Below are positions 1 to 9,123 of a stretch of DNA of 64,000 nt, in pieces. Every line of letters begins with the position of its first letter. Within the stretch, counting starts at the first letter, position 1. The translations under genes and the position numbers were made by a program. Under the pieces are notes generated by a model, which saw only the letters and a program-made list of their open reading frames with translations, searched no databases and had not been told where the DNA came from. Origin of the DNA: Kiritimatiellia bacterium (lineage in GTDB: Bacteria > Verrucomicrobiota > Kiritimatiellia > RFP12 > UBA1067); NCBI GenBank assembly GCA_017514235.1, contig JAFWKK010000042.1:73483-137482 (forward strand). Reading direction: 5' to 3'.

Positions 1-246
1 ACTATCCGCCGGAGACCGAAACGCACTACCGCAACTTCATACGCGCGGTGCGCGGCGAGACCAAGACCAACAGCCCGTTCTCGGTGGCTGGGCGCATCTC
101 GCAGCTGTTCACTCTCGGCTGCATAGCGCAGCGTGTCAGGCGCGGCTTCGAGTTCGATCCTGCGACGGGACGCGTCAAGGGTGACGAATACGCAGACTAC
201 TTCATCAAGGGGCATCGTCCCCGCAAGGGCTGGGAGGGCTACTACA

Positions 247-1698
247 ATGTCTGACAAGGGCAAGATGTCCAACTTCCGTTGGATGATCTGTTCGTTGCTG
301 TTCTTTGCGACGACGGTGAACTACCTCGACCGCCAGGTGCTGTCGCTGACGTGGAAGGACTTCATCGCGCCGGAGTTCCACTGGACTGACGCCGACTATG
401 GCGTCATCACCGGCTACTTCTCGCTCATCTACGCCTTCTGCAACCTGTTCGCAGGCAAGTTCGTCGACTGGATGGGCACGAAGAAGGGCTACATGTGGGC
501 GATTTTCATCTGGTCTCTTGCGGCGTGCCTTCACGCGGCCTGCGGCTGGGGCACGGTGCTGTTCGTTGACGGCGTGGACTCGGTTGCGGCGATGCGCACG
601 GTAGAGGCCGGCTCGGCCGTGGCGCTCTCTGTGGCGTCCGTCTCCGTCTGGCTCTTCCTCGGCTGCCGCTGCATGCTGGCGCTTGGCGAAGCCGGGAACT
701 TCCCGGCGGCCATCAAGGTGACCGCCGAGTACTTCCCGCCGAAGGACCGTGCGTTCTCGACGTCGATCTTCAACTCCGGCTCGTCCGTCGGTGCGCTTGC
801 CGCTCCTGCGACGATTCCGCTCATCGCCGAGTACTGCGGCTGGGAGATGGCTTTCATCATCATAGGCGCCCTCGGTTTCGTGTGGATGGGCTTCTGGCAG
901 TTCCTTTACAAGAAGCCTGCGGAAAACCCGAGGGTGAATGCGGAGGAGCTGGCGTACATTTCGGCGGGCGAGGCGCGGGCTGCCGGAAAGTCCGAAAGCT
1001 CCGGAACTTCCGAAGACAGGGGCATCGGATATCTGAGGGCGTTCTCGCTGCGCCAGACCTGGTCGCTCGTGCTCGGGCGCCTCCTTACCGACGGCGTGTG
1101 GTGGTTCTTCCTCTTCTGGACGCCGGGCTACCTTTCCGACCAGTTCGGCTACAAGAGCTCTTCCGGCATGGGCATGGCGCTCATAGTCACGCTTTACGCC
1201 ATCGTGACGTTCGCGTCGATCTACCTCTGCAAGCTGCCGACGTGGTTTGTTGACAAGAAGGGCATGAACGCCTACGAAGGCCGCATGGTGGCGATGTTCC
1301 TCTTCGCGTGCCTGCCGCTTCTTGCGCTTGGCGCACAGCCGCTCGGAAAGTTCAGCGCGTGGTGGCCGGCGATCCTGATCGGCTGCGCGTGCGCGGGGCA
1401 CCAGGCGTGGAGCGCGAACATCTACTCGTGCGTGAGCGACATGTTCCCCAAGTCCTGCATTGGCACGCTGACTGGCATCGCGCAGTGCGCGGCGGGCCTC
1501 GGCAGCTTCCTCGTGAACCTCTATGCCGGCAGGCTCTTCACGTATGCGGCGGAGAAGGGCGACGCCTTCGCGTTCCTCGGCTATACCGGCAAGCCCGCGG
1601 GCTACATGATCGTGTTCTGCTACTGCGCCGTCGCCTACATCGTGGGCTGGGCGTGCATGAAGTCGCTCGTGCCGCGCTACAGGAAGGTCGAGCTGTAG
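247..1698 (+). CDS. MFS transporter (anion:cation symporter / hexuronate-type family)
   Basis: ORF 133..1698 in frame; ATG at 247 gives MSDKGKMSNFRWMICSLLFF...; many hydrophobic segments; N-terminal NYLDRQ motif typical of ACS-family MFS. Confidence 0.7.
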   Translation: MSDKGKMSNFRWMICSLLFFATTVNYLDRQVLSLTWKDFIAPEFHWTDADYGVITGYFSLIYAFCNLFAGKFVDWMGTKKGYMWAIFIWSLAACLHAACGWGTVLFVDGVDSVAAMRTVEAGSAVALSVASVSVWLFLGCRCMLALGEAGNFPAAIKVTAEYFPPKDRAFSTSIFNSGSSVGALAAPATIPLIAEYCGWEMAFIIIGALGFVWMGFWQFLYKKPAENPRVNAEELAYISAGEARAAGKSESSGTSEDRGIGYLRAFSLRQTWSLVLGRLLTDGVWWFFLFWTPGYLSDQFGYKSSSGMGMALIVTLYAIVTFASIYLCKLPTWFVDKKGMNAYEGRMVAMFLFACLPLLALGAQPLGKFSAWWPAILIGCACAGHQAWSANIYSCVSDMFPKSCIGTLTGIAQCAAGLGSFLVNLYAGRLFTYAAEKGDAFAFLGYTGKPAGYMIVFCYCAVAYIVGWACMKSLVPRYRKVEL

Positions 1699-1711
1699 GA
1701 CGCGTCGGCCA

Positions 1712-2527
1712 GTGAATGCCAACCGGCAGCCTGCGCTTTCGGTCGTCGTTCCCACGAAGAACGAGGAGGCGAACGTAGGCGCGTGCCTCAAGTCGTTCGC
1801 GCCGTTCTGCGACGAAGTTGAGGTTATCGTGGTCGACAACTCGTCCCCTGACCGTACGCGCGAGATTGCGGTGGCTGCGGGTGCGGCGGTCTTCGTGCAG
1901 GGGCCGGAACGCTGCGCCCAGCGCAACCGGGGGTGGCGCGAGGCGCAAGGCGAATACGTCATGTTCGTCGACGCCGACATGACGTTGCCGGAAGGGACGG
2001 TGCGCGAAATCATCGGAACTTGCCGCGGGGGAGACGCAGACGCTCTCTACATACCTGAGGTCCGCGTCGGCGGAGGGCTGCGCCTGAAGGCGAGGAACTT
2101 CGAGCGTGGCTTTTACGACGGCACATGCATCGACGGGCTGCGCGTCGTCCGCCGCGCCCTGCTGGAGCGCGTCGGCGGCTATGACGAGGCGCTTGTCGCG
2201 TGCGAGGACTGGGATCTCGACCGCCGGCTTCTCGCGGCAGGGGCGCGGACTGCGACGACGCGCGGTTGCCTGTTCCACAATGAGGCGCGCCAGAACCTGC
2301 GGGCGCTTCTGCGGAAGAAGGCCTATTACTCCACGTCCGTGGCGGCCTACCGCGCCAAGTGGGGCGACGACGCGGTCTGCCGCCGCCAGTTCGGGCTTGC
2401 CTACCGGTTCTTCGGCGTGTTCGTCGAACGCGGCAAGTGGCGCAGGCTGATCCGCCATCCGATCCTCGCCGCCGTGATGTACGCCGAGCGCATTGCCGTT
2501 GGCGCAACCTACCTGATGTGCCGATGA
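1712..2527 (+). CDS. family 2 glycosyltransferase
   Basis: N-terminus LSVVVPTKNEE...VIVVDNSSPD...FVDADM matches the GT2 (GT-A fold) signature. Confidence 0.75.
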   Translation: MNANRQPALSVVVPTKNEEANVGACLKSFAPFCDEVEVIVVDNSSPDRTREIAVAAGAAVFVQGPERCAQRNRGWREAQGEYVMFVDADMTLPEGTVREIIGTCRGGDADALYIPEVRVGGGLRLKARNFERGFYDGTCIDGLRVVRRALLERVGGYDEALVACEDWDLDRRLLAAGARTATTRGCLFHNEARQNLRALLRKKAYYSTSVAAYRAKWGDDAVCRRQFGLAYRFFGVFVERGKWRRLIRHPILAAVMYAERIAVGATYLMCR

Positions 2528-3258
2528 ATGCCGACTGCACTGTTCTCGTTACGAGCTGCGACGCCTACCGAGACGTCGAAGGGCCGTTCCTGACGCTGTT
2601 CCGCCGTTACTGGCCGGACTGTCCGTTCGAGCTTGTCGTGAACGGGGAGACTGGCGCGGCGGACGGGTTCGACCGGGCGGTGCTTTCCGGCAGGGGAAAG
2701 ACATGGAGCCAGATGCTGGCGGAGGCTCTGGACGAGGTGGCGACGCCATACGTCCTCATGCTCATGAACGACTATTACCTGGAGTCGCCGGTCGACACCG
2801 CGCTCGTTTTGCGTCGTCTCGCCGAGACGAAGGCCAGGGACGCGCTCAACTACAGGCTGTGTCCGGATCCGCCGAGGGCGGTGAAGAACACTGCCTATGC
2901 GGTGTCCTGCAAGGTCGGGATATGGAACCGCAACTTCCTGCGGGGCCTTGCGTCGCGGACGAAGAGCGCATGGGAGTTCGAGCGGTACGGCAGCTTCATG
3001 TTCGACACGAGCGATCCGCGCCCGATTCTCGTCACGGAACGGCTGGAGTTCCCGTTCCTCGATGTGGTCCACAAGGGCTACTGGGAGCCGTTCGGCGTGG
3101 AACTGCTGCGGCGGGAGGGAATCGCCATGGACTTTGCGAAGCGCACGCTGCCGCCGCTCGGCGTCAGGATCCGTGAGACGGTCAAGAACCGCATCTTTCG
3201 CCTGAGTCCCGAACTGGTCACGCGCGTGCAGAACGTCTTCAACTGGGGGAAGAAGTGA
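2524..3258 (+). CDS. hypothetical protein, possibly glycosyltransferase-like
   Basis: ATG at 2524 in frame of ORF 2359..3258, overlapping (ATGA) the upstream GT2 stop; no motif I can name with confidence. Confidence 0.4.
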   Translation: MNADCTVLVTSCDAYRDVEGPFLTLFRRYWPDCPFELVVNGETGAADGFDRAVLSGRGKTWSQMLAEALDEVATPYVLMLMNDYYLESPVDTALVLRRLAETKARDALNYRLCPDPPRAVKNTAYAVSCKVGIWNRNFLRGLASRTKSAWEFERYGSFMFDTSDPRPILVTERLEFPFLDVVHKGYWEPFGVELLRREGIAMDFAKRTLPPLGVRIRETVKNRIFRLSPELVTRVQNVFNWGKK

Positions 3259-3306
3259 CTTGCCGCGTGCGCAGGGAGCGAGCCGTTCGCCTGTCAGGCC
3301 GTTTTT

Positions 3307-3315
3307 TGATATAAT
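3307..3315 (+). promoter_or_regulatory. extended -10 element TGATATAAT upstream of prs
   Basis: TGnTATAAT motif 25 nt before the prs ATG; the same motif type recurs before many genes in this window. Confidence 0.4.
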
Positions 3316-3339
3316 ACAAGCCCTTGAAAGGAATGTGAA

Positions 3340-4299
3340 ATGAACGATGACTTCATGGTGTTCTCGGGAACGGCGAACCTGCCGCTTGCCGAGGCTGTCG
3401 CCGCCTACCTGGGGCGGCCGCTCAACCGCATAGACATCAAGCACTTTCCGGACGGCGAGACGTTCTGCCAGGTCATAGAGGGTGTTCGCGGCAAGGACGT
3501 TTTCGTAATACAGTCCGGCTCTCCTGCGCCGAACGAGGCGTACATGGAGCTGTTCATCATCATGGACGCACTGAGGCGCGGCTCTGCGGCCCGCATCACC
3601 GCCGTGATCCCTTACTTCGGTTATGCCCGGCAGGACCGCAAGGACCAGCCTCGCGTGCCTATCACGGCGCGGCTCATAGCCAACCTGCTCCAACGGGCCG
3701 GCGCCGACCGCGTGCTGGCGATGGACCTTCATGCTAACCAGATACAGGGCTTCTTCGACATTCCGCTCGACCACCTCAAGGCGGAGCCGATCATACTCAA
3801 GTACATCCGCGAGCAGAACTGGGCGAAGCCAGTCGTCGTCTCGCCCGATACGGGCGGCGCGAAAACGGCCTACGGCTACAGCCGCAAGCTCGGCTGCGGC
3901 CTCGCCATCGTCGCGAAGCAGCGCACCGGCGACTCCACCGTGGACGCGTTCTCCGTCGTCGGCGACGTGAAGGACTGCGACGTCATAATGGTCGACGACA
4001 TGACAGCTACCGGCGGCACGCTCTCGGCCGCTGCGAAGATGTGCCGTGACAACGGCGCCAGGTCGGTGCATGCGTTCGTGTCGCACTTCCCGCTTACCGA
4101 GAAGGGCGTCGACCGCCTCATGCACGAGACTGAGCTGGACGAGCTCGTGGTGACCGATACGATTCCCCTTCGCGCAGGATTCGATCCGGGGCGGCTGCCG
4201 TTCAAGCTGACGCGGCTTTCCGTCGCGCCGCTCATCGGCGAGGCGATCCGCCGCACGCACAACGACGAATCCATCAACGACCTCTTCAACCACGAGTGA
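3340..4299 (+). CDS. prs: ribose-phosphate pyrophosphokinase (PRPP synthetase)
   Basis: FSGTANLPLAEAVA...HFPDGE...VIPYFGYARQDRK...VDDMTATGGTL motifs are diagnostic of Prs. Confidence 0.9.
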   Translation: MNDDFMVFSGTANLPLAEAVAAYLGRPLNRIDIKHFPDGETFCQVIEGVRGKDVFVIQSGSPAPNEAYMELFIIMDALRRGSAARITAVIPYFGYARQDRKDQPRVPITARLIANLLQRAGADRVLAMDLHANQIQGFFDIPLDHLKAEPIILKYIREQNWAKPVVVSPDTGGAKTAYGYSRKLGCGLAIVAKQRTGDSTVDAFSVVGDVKDCDVIMVDDMTATGGTLSAAAKMCRDNGARSVHAFVSHFPLTEKGVDRLMHETELDELVVTDTIPLRAGFDPGRLPFKLTRLSVAPLIGEAIRRTHNDESINDLFNHE

Positions 4300-4321
4300 G
4301 CCCGGAGGGTCCCGTCAGGCC

Positions 4322-6637
4322 ATGACGACTCCGGCCCAGTTCATCGACGACCCGGGCTGGGCCGATTTCCTGCCAGAATCGCACGAGGCGGTGCGAGCGC
4401 GGCACCTTCCCGCGCACGAGGACTGTTCCAGGCTGGACGAGGAATCCGTCGCGGCGCATCTGCGCTGCGGCGGCACGCTGGGCGCCATGCCCGGCTACGA
4501 GGAGCGTCCCGAACAGGTCGACATGGCTCGTTCGGTTGCTCACGCCTTCAACGCCCGCGAGCATCTCATGATCGAGGCCGGCACCGGCGTCGGCAAGTCG
4601 CTCGCCTACCTCGTGCCGTCGGTCCTGTGGGCCTGGACCAACGACACGCCGGTAATCGTCTCTACGGCGACGCGCAACCTGCAGTCGCAGCTCGTCGGCT
4701 CGGACATTCCGCGCGCCCTGCGCGTCCTAGGCGACGATGCGGCGAAGTTCCGCGTCGCGCTGCTTAAGGGCAGGTCCAACTATCTCTGCCTTCGCGCGGT
4801 CGGCGACTTCTTCGCCGCCGGCTACTGGACCATGTCCGCCGAGGAGCAGGCCCTCATGCCGGCGTTCATCGAATGGCTGCGCGCTACGCCCGACGGCGAC
4901 CTCGACACTTACGACGGCCTGCCGCGACAGCTTATCTCCTGCCCCGGAGACGAGTGCAGCGGCAGGCGATGCCCGTTCTATTCGCGCTGCTTCGTTTACC
5001 GCGCGCGCAAGGCTGCCGCTGCCGCGCACCTAGTGATCGCCAACCACGCGCTCGTTCTTGCTGAGGCGTCCGCGCCCGGAAGCGGACTGTTGCCAGCTTA
5101 CGGACGCCTTGTTCTCGACGAGGCTCACAACCTCGAGTCGATAGCGACTGACTACCTTGGCGCAGAGCTGTCGATGCCGGCCCTGACGCGCATACTGAAC
5201 CGCCTGCTGCGGCGCGGCAAGAGCCGCCGCGGACTGCGCCAGGGCGGAGTCCTGCACGCCATCGAGCGCCAGTTCAGCCGGGGGGCGTTCTCCGGCAGCC
5301 CGGTCGGCGGACGGGTAATGAGCGCGGTGGGCGAGGCGGCGAGGCTCGTCATGCGCATAGTCTCTGCCGCAGACGGTCTCTTTTCGGTTGCCGAGCGGCT
5401 GCTGGCCCCGGCGAAGGGCAAGGACGTCTGTCGCTACCGCGTGGACGGGGTGCGCAGCTTCAGCCTGCACGGCCTTTTCAAGCCGTACGGTTCCGAAGAA
5501 TGGGACGAGACGGAGTTTCGAAGGGCGCAGACCGACCTGGAGTCGGAACTCGCGGCGATGGTCAACCTGCTGCATTCTCTCGGCGGGGCGCTGGAGGAGG
5601 CAGTTCCGGAAGGCGAGCTCAACTATCTCGGGGACCTGGCGGCGCAGGTCTCAGGCATCGCAGAGTCGCTGGTCGCTTTTGCAAACGAGGCGAATTTCGT
5701 AATCTCTGGCGAGAAGGACACGCACGCCTACTGGGTGGAGAGGGTGAGAGCAGAGAGGCGCACCTCGTTCCTGCGCCTCGTTGCCGCGCCGCTGTCGGTG
5801 GCAGATGACTTGCGGCGGCTGTTCTACGACGTCCGCGACTCCGTCGTGCTCTGCTCGGCCACGCTTCGCGTCGGCAACGACTTCGGCTACATGGCGCGGC
5901 GGCTTGGCGCAGCTCCGTCGCCGGACTGCGAGAGTCGCTTCCGCTTCCTTGTTGCGACGAGTCCGTTCGACTATTTTCGGCAGGCTCTCGTGCTTGCTCC
6001 GGACTGCCTGCCTGATCCGTCCGCCGACCCTGCGAAGTACGCCGAGGCGCTGGCCTCGCTTACGAAGGACCTCTTTGCCGTCACGCGCGGGCGCGCCCTT
6101 GTGCTTTTCACGAGTTACGAGATGATGAAGGCCGTGGCCGCCGTCGCGCACCCGTTGCTGATGGAGGCGGGCGTTCGCCTGCTGGTGCAGGGCGAGGGAC
6201 TCTCCCGCGAGTCGATGACGCGCATTTTGCGAGAGTCGGCCCCGCAGGATGAGCCTACCGTGCTTTTCGGGGCTCAGAGCTTCTGGGAAGGCGTAGACGT
6301 CGCAGGGGAGGCGCTTTCGTGCGTCGTGATGGCGCGTCTTCCGTTCGCGCAGGTCGGCGATCCCGTGGTAGAGGCGCGCTCCGAGATGATAGACCGCGCC
6401 GGCGGCAGCTCCTTCCGCGACTACGCGCTTCCCGAGGCAGTGATCAAGTTCCGCCAGGGCTTCGGAAGGCTGATCCGCACGAAGTCCGACAGAGGCGTCG
6501 TAATCGTAACAGACCCGCGCCTCGTCACGAAGAGCTACGGGGCGACGTTCCGCAAGTCGATACCGGCGTCCGTCCACACGGTGACGGAGCAGGGCGAGCT
6601 CCTCGCCCGCGTCGGCGCGTTCTTCTCAAGCCTTTAG
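4322..6637 (+). CDS. ATP-dependent DNA helicase, DinG/Rad3-like (DEAD_2 plus helicase C_2)
   Basis: Walker A AGTGVGKSLAYL, DEAH-like VLDEAHNLE, 771 aa, C-terminal helicase motifs QGFGRLIRT. Confidence 0.8.
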   Translation: MTTPAQFIDDPGWADFLPESHEAVRARHLPAHEDCSRLDEESVAAHLRCGGTLGAMPGYEERPEQVDMARSVAHAFNAREHLMIEAGTGVGKSLAYLVPSVLWAWTNDTPVIVSTATRNLQSQLVGSDIPRALRVLGDDAAKFRVALLKGRSNYLCLRAVGDFFAAGYWTMSAEEQALMPAFIEWLRATPDGDLDTYDGLPRQLISCPGDECSGRRCPFYSRCFVYRARKAAAAAHLVIANHALVLAEASAPGSGLLPAYGRLVLDEAHNLESIATDYLGAELSMPALTRILNRLLRRGKSRRGLRQGGVLHAIERQFSRGAFSGSPVGGRVMSAVGEAARLVMRIVSAADGLFSVAERLLAPAKGKDVCRYRVDGVRSFSLHGLFKPYGSEEWDETEFRRAQTDLESELAAMVNLLHSLGGALEEAVPEGELNYLGDLAAQVSGIAESLVAFANEANFVISGEKDTHAYWVERVRAERRTSFLRLVAAPLSVADDLRRLFYDVRDSVVLCSATLRVGNDFGYMARRLGAAPSPDCESRFRFLVATSPFDYFRQALVLAPDCLPDPSADPAKYAEALASLTKDLFAVTRGRALVLFTSYEMMKAVAAVAHPLLMEAGVRLLVQGEGLSRESMTRILRESAPQDEPTVLFGAQSFWEGVDVAGEALSCVVMARLPFAQVGDPVVEARSEMIDRAGGSSFRDYALPEAVIKFRQGFGRLIRTKSDRGVVIVTDPRLVTKSYGATFRKSIPASVHTVTEQGELLARVGAFFSSL

Positions 6638-7561
6638 CGTTTCTGCCGGCGCTAGGGCCGGGCGCAGGGCTAGGCCGGCGAACGCCGTCTGCCGCCTGAC
6701 GCGCATGAGGAGCAGCTTCAACCTGTAAGGACCGGCATGGCGGTCCAGTGATTCCAGAAGGGCTCCGAACGCGAAAGAAATGAATTTAAGCGTCAAGAAG
6801 CGCACTTTCAGGCCGAGCCTGAGCGGCTCGGGCGGCAGGTGCAGTATGTTCCGGCGATAATATGCGAACCAGAACACGTATTGCGGCACGTTGCCGCCGT
6901 AGCCTTTTGCCGTGGCGAAGCGCAATCCCACGCCGGTTAGGTGAAGCACGCACGGGCGCCACCGTCTTGGGGGAATCATCACGTCCCAATCCGGGTCAAT
7001 CATCTTGGCGTCGCCGGCCAGCAGCACGTTCAATGCGTCCTGGTCGGGGTACGGCGGGCAACCGTATGTGCGGAAGAAATCTATCGCACGTGCCGTGAAC
7101 CCGGTTTCGCGCCATTTGCGCAGGTTGATGAGAGCGACGCCGGAGCATGCGTATTCGTGCCCGGGCGGCATGCGCAAGCCGTTTGCGGCGGCCCACCTGT
7201 CGAACTCCATGGCGATTGCGGGGAAGTCTTTCACCCAGCATATCGAGACGGCGTCATCGCGCTCTTTCCACAGTTCCTGCGGATCGCGGAACCACAGCGT
7301 GTCGACGTCCGAGTAGATGATCCAGTCGCAGTCAGGCAGAATCTCCGGCAGGAAGAGCCGCAGGTACGGCAGCTTGGAGCCGTTCCATTCCCGCAGCTGG
7401 AAGCGGTTTGCGAATGGGGCCATGTCGCCGTCGCCGAACTCGTGAAAGACGAGGCGGTTCGGGTCGGCGCAGGCCGACGTCATGCTGTGCCGTGTCGCCA
7501 GCAGCCCGGGACGGTACCGTTCGTTCGCGACGAGCGCGATATGGATTCTGCCGTCGTTCAT
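6626..7561 (-). CDS. glycosyltransferase, GT8-like (LPS-type)
   Basis: minus-strand ORF; N-terminus IHIALVANERY and internal D-x-D-like segment resemble GT8 nucleotide-sugar transferases; C-terminal tail is high-GC, low complexity and may be over-extended. Confidence 0.5.
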   Translation of the reverse strand: MNDGRIHIALVANERYRPGLLATRHSMTSACADPNRLVFHEFGDGDMAPFANRFQLREWNGSKLPYLRLFLPEILPDCDWIIYSDVDTLWFRDPQELWKERDDAVSICWVKDFPAIAMEFDRWAAANGLRMPPGHEYACSGVALINLRKWRETGFTARAIDFFRTYGCPPYPDQDALNVLLAGDAKMIDPDWDVMIPPRRWRPCVLHLTGVGLRFATAKGYGGNVPQYVFWFAYYRRNILHLPPEPLRLGLKVRFLTLKFISFAFGALLESLDRHAGPYRLKLLLMRVRRQTAFAGLALRPALAPAETLKA

Positions 7562-7606
7562 GACAACGCATTATATCATATTTGACACCGCCCTACAGGG
7601 CCGGAA

Positions 7607-7617
7607 TATGGTATAAT
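7607..7617 (+). promoter_or_regulatory. extended -10 promoter TATGGTATAAT
   Basis: -10 ends 12 nt before the ATG at 7630 of the exosortase gene, implying a near-leaderless transcript. Confidence 0.45.
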
Positions 7618-7629
7618 CCTCACTGTTCA

Positions 7630-9123
7630 ATGCGGGTTAAGGAGATACATGTCCGTGCGGCGCTCTTTGCGGCATCGCTTCTGGCGATGCTGTTCGGGTA
7701 TCGTCTGCTCCTTACGGTCCATGCGCCGGTCGTGTTCAACGACGTCATGGAGGACCTTTCATACGGCTGGTACGTGCCGGTCTTCTCGATTTACGTGCTG
7801 TGGCGCGAGCGCCGGGAGCTGGCGGCGTCAGTCGGGGCTCCGTCGTTATGGGGGCTTGTGCTGCTGCTGCCATCCCTCTTCATAGGCTATCTCGGCGCCG
7901 GCGGGTGTCAGATCCGTTTTGAGATTCTAGGTTTCGTGGGCATGCTCATTGCGTTGACCATGGCATTCTTCGGAACGGCCACGGCCCGGCAGGCGCTTTT
8001 CCCTGCGCTCTTTCTCCTGTTCTGCATGCCGTTCCACTCGTTTCTGGACATCATAACCATACATCTGCGAATGCTTGCCGTTTCGGTCGCATACGAGGTG
8101 CTTTCCGGATGCGGTGTGGACATCGTCAGGCAGGGCACGATGCTGACATCTTCGTCGGGGTCGTTCGCCATCGACATTGCCGAGCCTTGCAGCGGCCTCA
8201 GGTCTCTCTTCGCGATGATGGCCCTGACTGCGGGGTATTCGTATTTCACCCAGCCTACGTGGCTCCGTCGCGGCGTCATGTTCGTGCTGTCGGTGCCTAT
8301 AGCGATAGCCGGCAACATCGTGCGCATCTTCTCGATCGTCCTTGTCGCGGCGACGTGTTCTGCGGATTTCGCGACCGGATTCTACCACGATTACTCCGGC
8401 TACGTGGTGTTTCTTGTCGCCGTTGCGCTGATGGTCGCCACTGACGGGCTCGTAACGAAGATAGCCGGCGAGCGGGCTGCTCCGTCCGCATCGCCGTCGG
8501 GTGATCCGGCGCATTGCCCGGCGAGCGGTCTTTCGGGCTTGAGGCTGCTTGTTCCGGCGGTCACGGCGGTGTTTGCGGTCTCTGTCATGGCCTATCAGGC
8601 GCGCACTGTCGAACCTGTCTTGTGCGAAGCGCCGTCGGCGCGTCTCGGCGATATCCAGGGCTTTGCGTCGGAGAAGCTCGAGCCGAGCGAGAGCGAGTTG
8701 CATTCGCTTCCGGAAGACACTGTCATCGACAAGCGCGTCTACCATGCGCAGGACGGCGTCTCGTACTTCGTCACGCTCGTAATCGGCGGGCGCAGCAAGA
8801 GCTCCATCCACAGGCCGGAGCTGTGCCTGCCGTCGCAGGGATTCCAGATGACGAACCCCCGCGGCGTCAGCGTCGGTGGCGTCGACTGGCGCCTCCTCAC
8901 CCTCGAGCGGAGGTTGTCGCCGCCGCTCGGCTTCGCCTACACGTTTTTCAACCAGGACGGCTTCCGCACAGCCTCGCATGTCCGCCGGATATTCTGCGAC
9001 GTGTGCGACAGGAGCCTGCGTCATCGCATCGACCGCTGGGCGATGATGACCGTGAGCGCCTCGACGGCGGACGAGAGGCGAATGGTGGAGTTCCTTTTGC
9101 GGCTTAAGGAGGTTGTCTGGTGA
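7630..9123 (+). CDS. exosortase (Xrt family) fused to an EpsI-like C-terminal domain
   Basis: multi-TM N-terminal domain with conserved CSG...N..R exosortase motifs (AEPCSGLRSL...AGNIVRI); about 200-aa soluble C-terminal extension as in exosortase/EpsI fusions; start taken at the ATG after the promoter. Confidence 0.7.
   Translation: MRVKEIHVRAALFAASLLAMLFGYRLLLTVHAPVVFNDVMEDLSYGWYVPVFSIYVLWRERRELAASVGAPSLWGLVLLLPSLFIGYLGAGGCQIRFEILGFVGMLIALTMAFFGTATARQALFPALFLLFCMPFHSFLDIITIHLRMLAVSVAYEVLSGCGVDIVRQGTMLTSSSGSFAIDIAEPCSGLRSLFAMMALTAGYSYFTQPTWLRRGVMFVLSVPIAIAGNIVRIFSIVLVAATCSADFATGFYHDYSGYVVFLVAVALMVATDGLVTKIAGERAAPSASPSGDPAHCPASGLSGLRLLVPAVTAVFAVSVMAYQARTVEPVLCEAPSARLGDIQGFASEKLEPSESELHSLPEDTVIDKRVYHAQDGVSYFVTLVIGGRSKSSIHRPELCLPSQGFQMTNPRGVSVGGVDWRLLTLERRLSPPLGFAYTFFNQDGFRTASHVRRIFCDVCDRSLRHRIDRWAMMTVSASTADERRMVEFLLRLKEVVW

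Noticed and set aside
7649-7885. ORF 7649..7885 with a good AAGGAG spacing to its ATG
   Set aside because: Its frame is out of register with the exosortase reading frame, which carries the real protein signal. The product is Arg/Ser/Cys-rich nonsense. The exosortase instead starts at ATG 7630 after the promoter.
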